Shown here in pieces: positions 23,658 through 24,000 of a DNA stretch of 24,000 bases. The translations under genes and the position numbers were made by a program. Below the pieces are notes generated by a model. That model ran no database searches. It was not told the DNA's origin and saw only the letters and a program-made list of their open reading frames with translations. Within the stretch, counting starts at the first letter, position 1. Every line of letters begins with the position of its first letter. Origin of the DNA: Acaryochloris marina S15 (GTDB taxonomy: Bacteria; Cyanobacteriota; Cyanobacteriia; Thermosynechococcales; Thermosynechococcaceae); assembly GCF_018336915.1 (NCBI RefSeq), contig NZ_CP064923.1:4625372-4649371 (forward strand), given 5' to 3'.

Positions 23658-24000
23658 CTAATCACGGGTTTGGGCGTAAGCCGCATCAGAAATCAAGGGC
23701 ACCTCAGCATGATGTCCTCGCAGAGATTGAACCACTGAGAACACCACGATACCCAGGGTGCCTAGGAATAAAACATTGGACAGTACCATGACAAATAGTC
23801 CGCCTCCTGAAGTCGTACTACCCACAGAACTGCCCAGAATACCTACTACCTGCAGAACCATCAAAATTATTGTCAGAGATATCCCGAGCATGATCGCCTG
23901 CATGGCGTTATAGCGAATGAGATGACGGATACGGTTATTTCTGACGACACCAGCATACAGGCCGATAAAAACCATCAATCTGACAATTGAGAGTCCCCCA
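23658..24000 (-). CDS. Tic20-family membrane protein paralog (5' end beyond the window)
   Basis: VVRNNRIRHLIRYNAMQAIMLGISL is paralogous to the neighbouring gene. The frame stays open upstream of the track's TTG start (23978) to the window end (..GGLSIVRLMVFIG..), so the gene is truncated by the window. Confidence 0.6.
   Translation of the reverse strand, partial: GGLSIVRLMVFIGLYAGVVRNNRIRHLIRYNAMQAIMLGISLTIILMVLQVVGILGSSVGSTTSGGGLFVMVLSNVLFLGTLGIVVFSVVQSLRGHHAEVPLISDAAYAQTRD

Noticed and set aside
1-24000. CRISPR arrays, rRNA genes, integrase or attachment-site pairs, and toxin-antitoxin pairs
   Set aside because: No regularly spaced direct repeats, no rRNA-like sequence, no integrase or recombinase ORF, and no small two-gene cassette with TA-like features were seen on either strand.

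Overview
The window looks like cyanobacterial chromosome. It has 8 copies of the HIP1 octamer GCGATCGC, plus glgC, trmB, rpsF and Tic20-like genes. The main feature is a ~9.6 kb minus-strand operon (2451-12047) that I read as a complete, heavily tailored lasso-peptide (RiPP) gene cluster. In transcription order it encodes: a PqqD-type leader-recognition protein (B1), a transglutaminase-like leader protease (B2), a prolyl-4-hydroxylase-like 2OG oxygenase, a GT-A glycosyltransferase, an HPr-kinase-like kinase, a JmjC/cupin oxygenase, and an Asn-synthetase-like cyclase (C). These are followed by two tandem 46-aa precursor genes and an ABC exporter (D). The precursor genes (5002-5142 and 4668-4808) are missing from the supplied ORF track because they fall below its size cut-off. 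Both precursors match the lasso leader motif YxxPxLx3Gx5Tx exactly. Both predict an Asn1-Asp9 macrolactam and end in Ser, the residue phosphorylated in paeninodin-type lasso peptides. Combining a kinase, a glycosyltransferase and two different Fe/2OG oxygenases is unusual, and I know of no characterised equivalent. Outside the cluster: exopolysaccharide genes on the left (a partial Wzz-like gene and a GT4), an M20 amidohydrolase, and a 216-bp MITE-like element inserted at the start codon of a hypothetical gene. Further right are an ADP-ribosylglycohydrolase, tRNA-Arg(UCG), trmB, glgC, a solo IS200/IS605-type tnpB with an intact RuvC triad, a PlsC-family acyltransferase, a RibD-C-like reductase, rpsF, a stand-alone EAL phosphodiesterase and two tandem Tic20-like genes. 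All functional calls rest on motif recognition by eye; no database search was possible.
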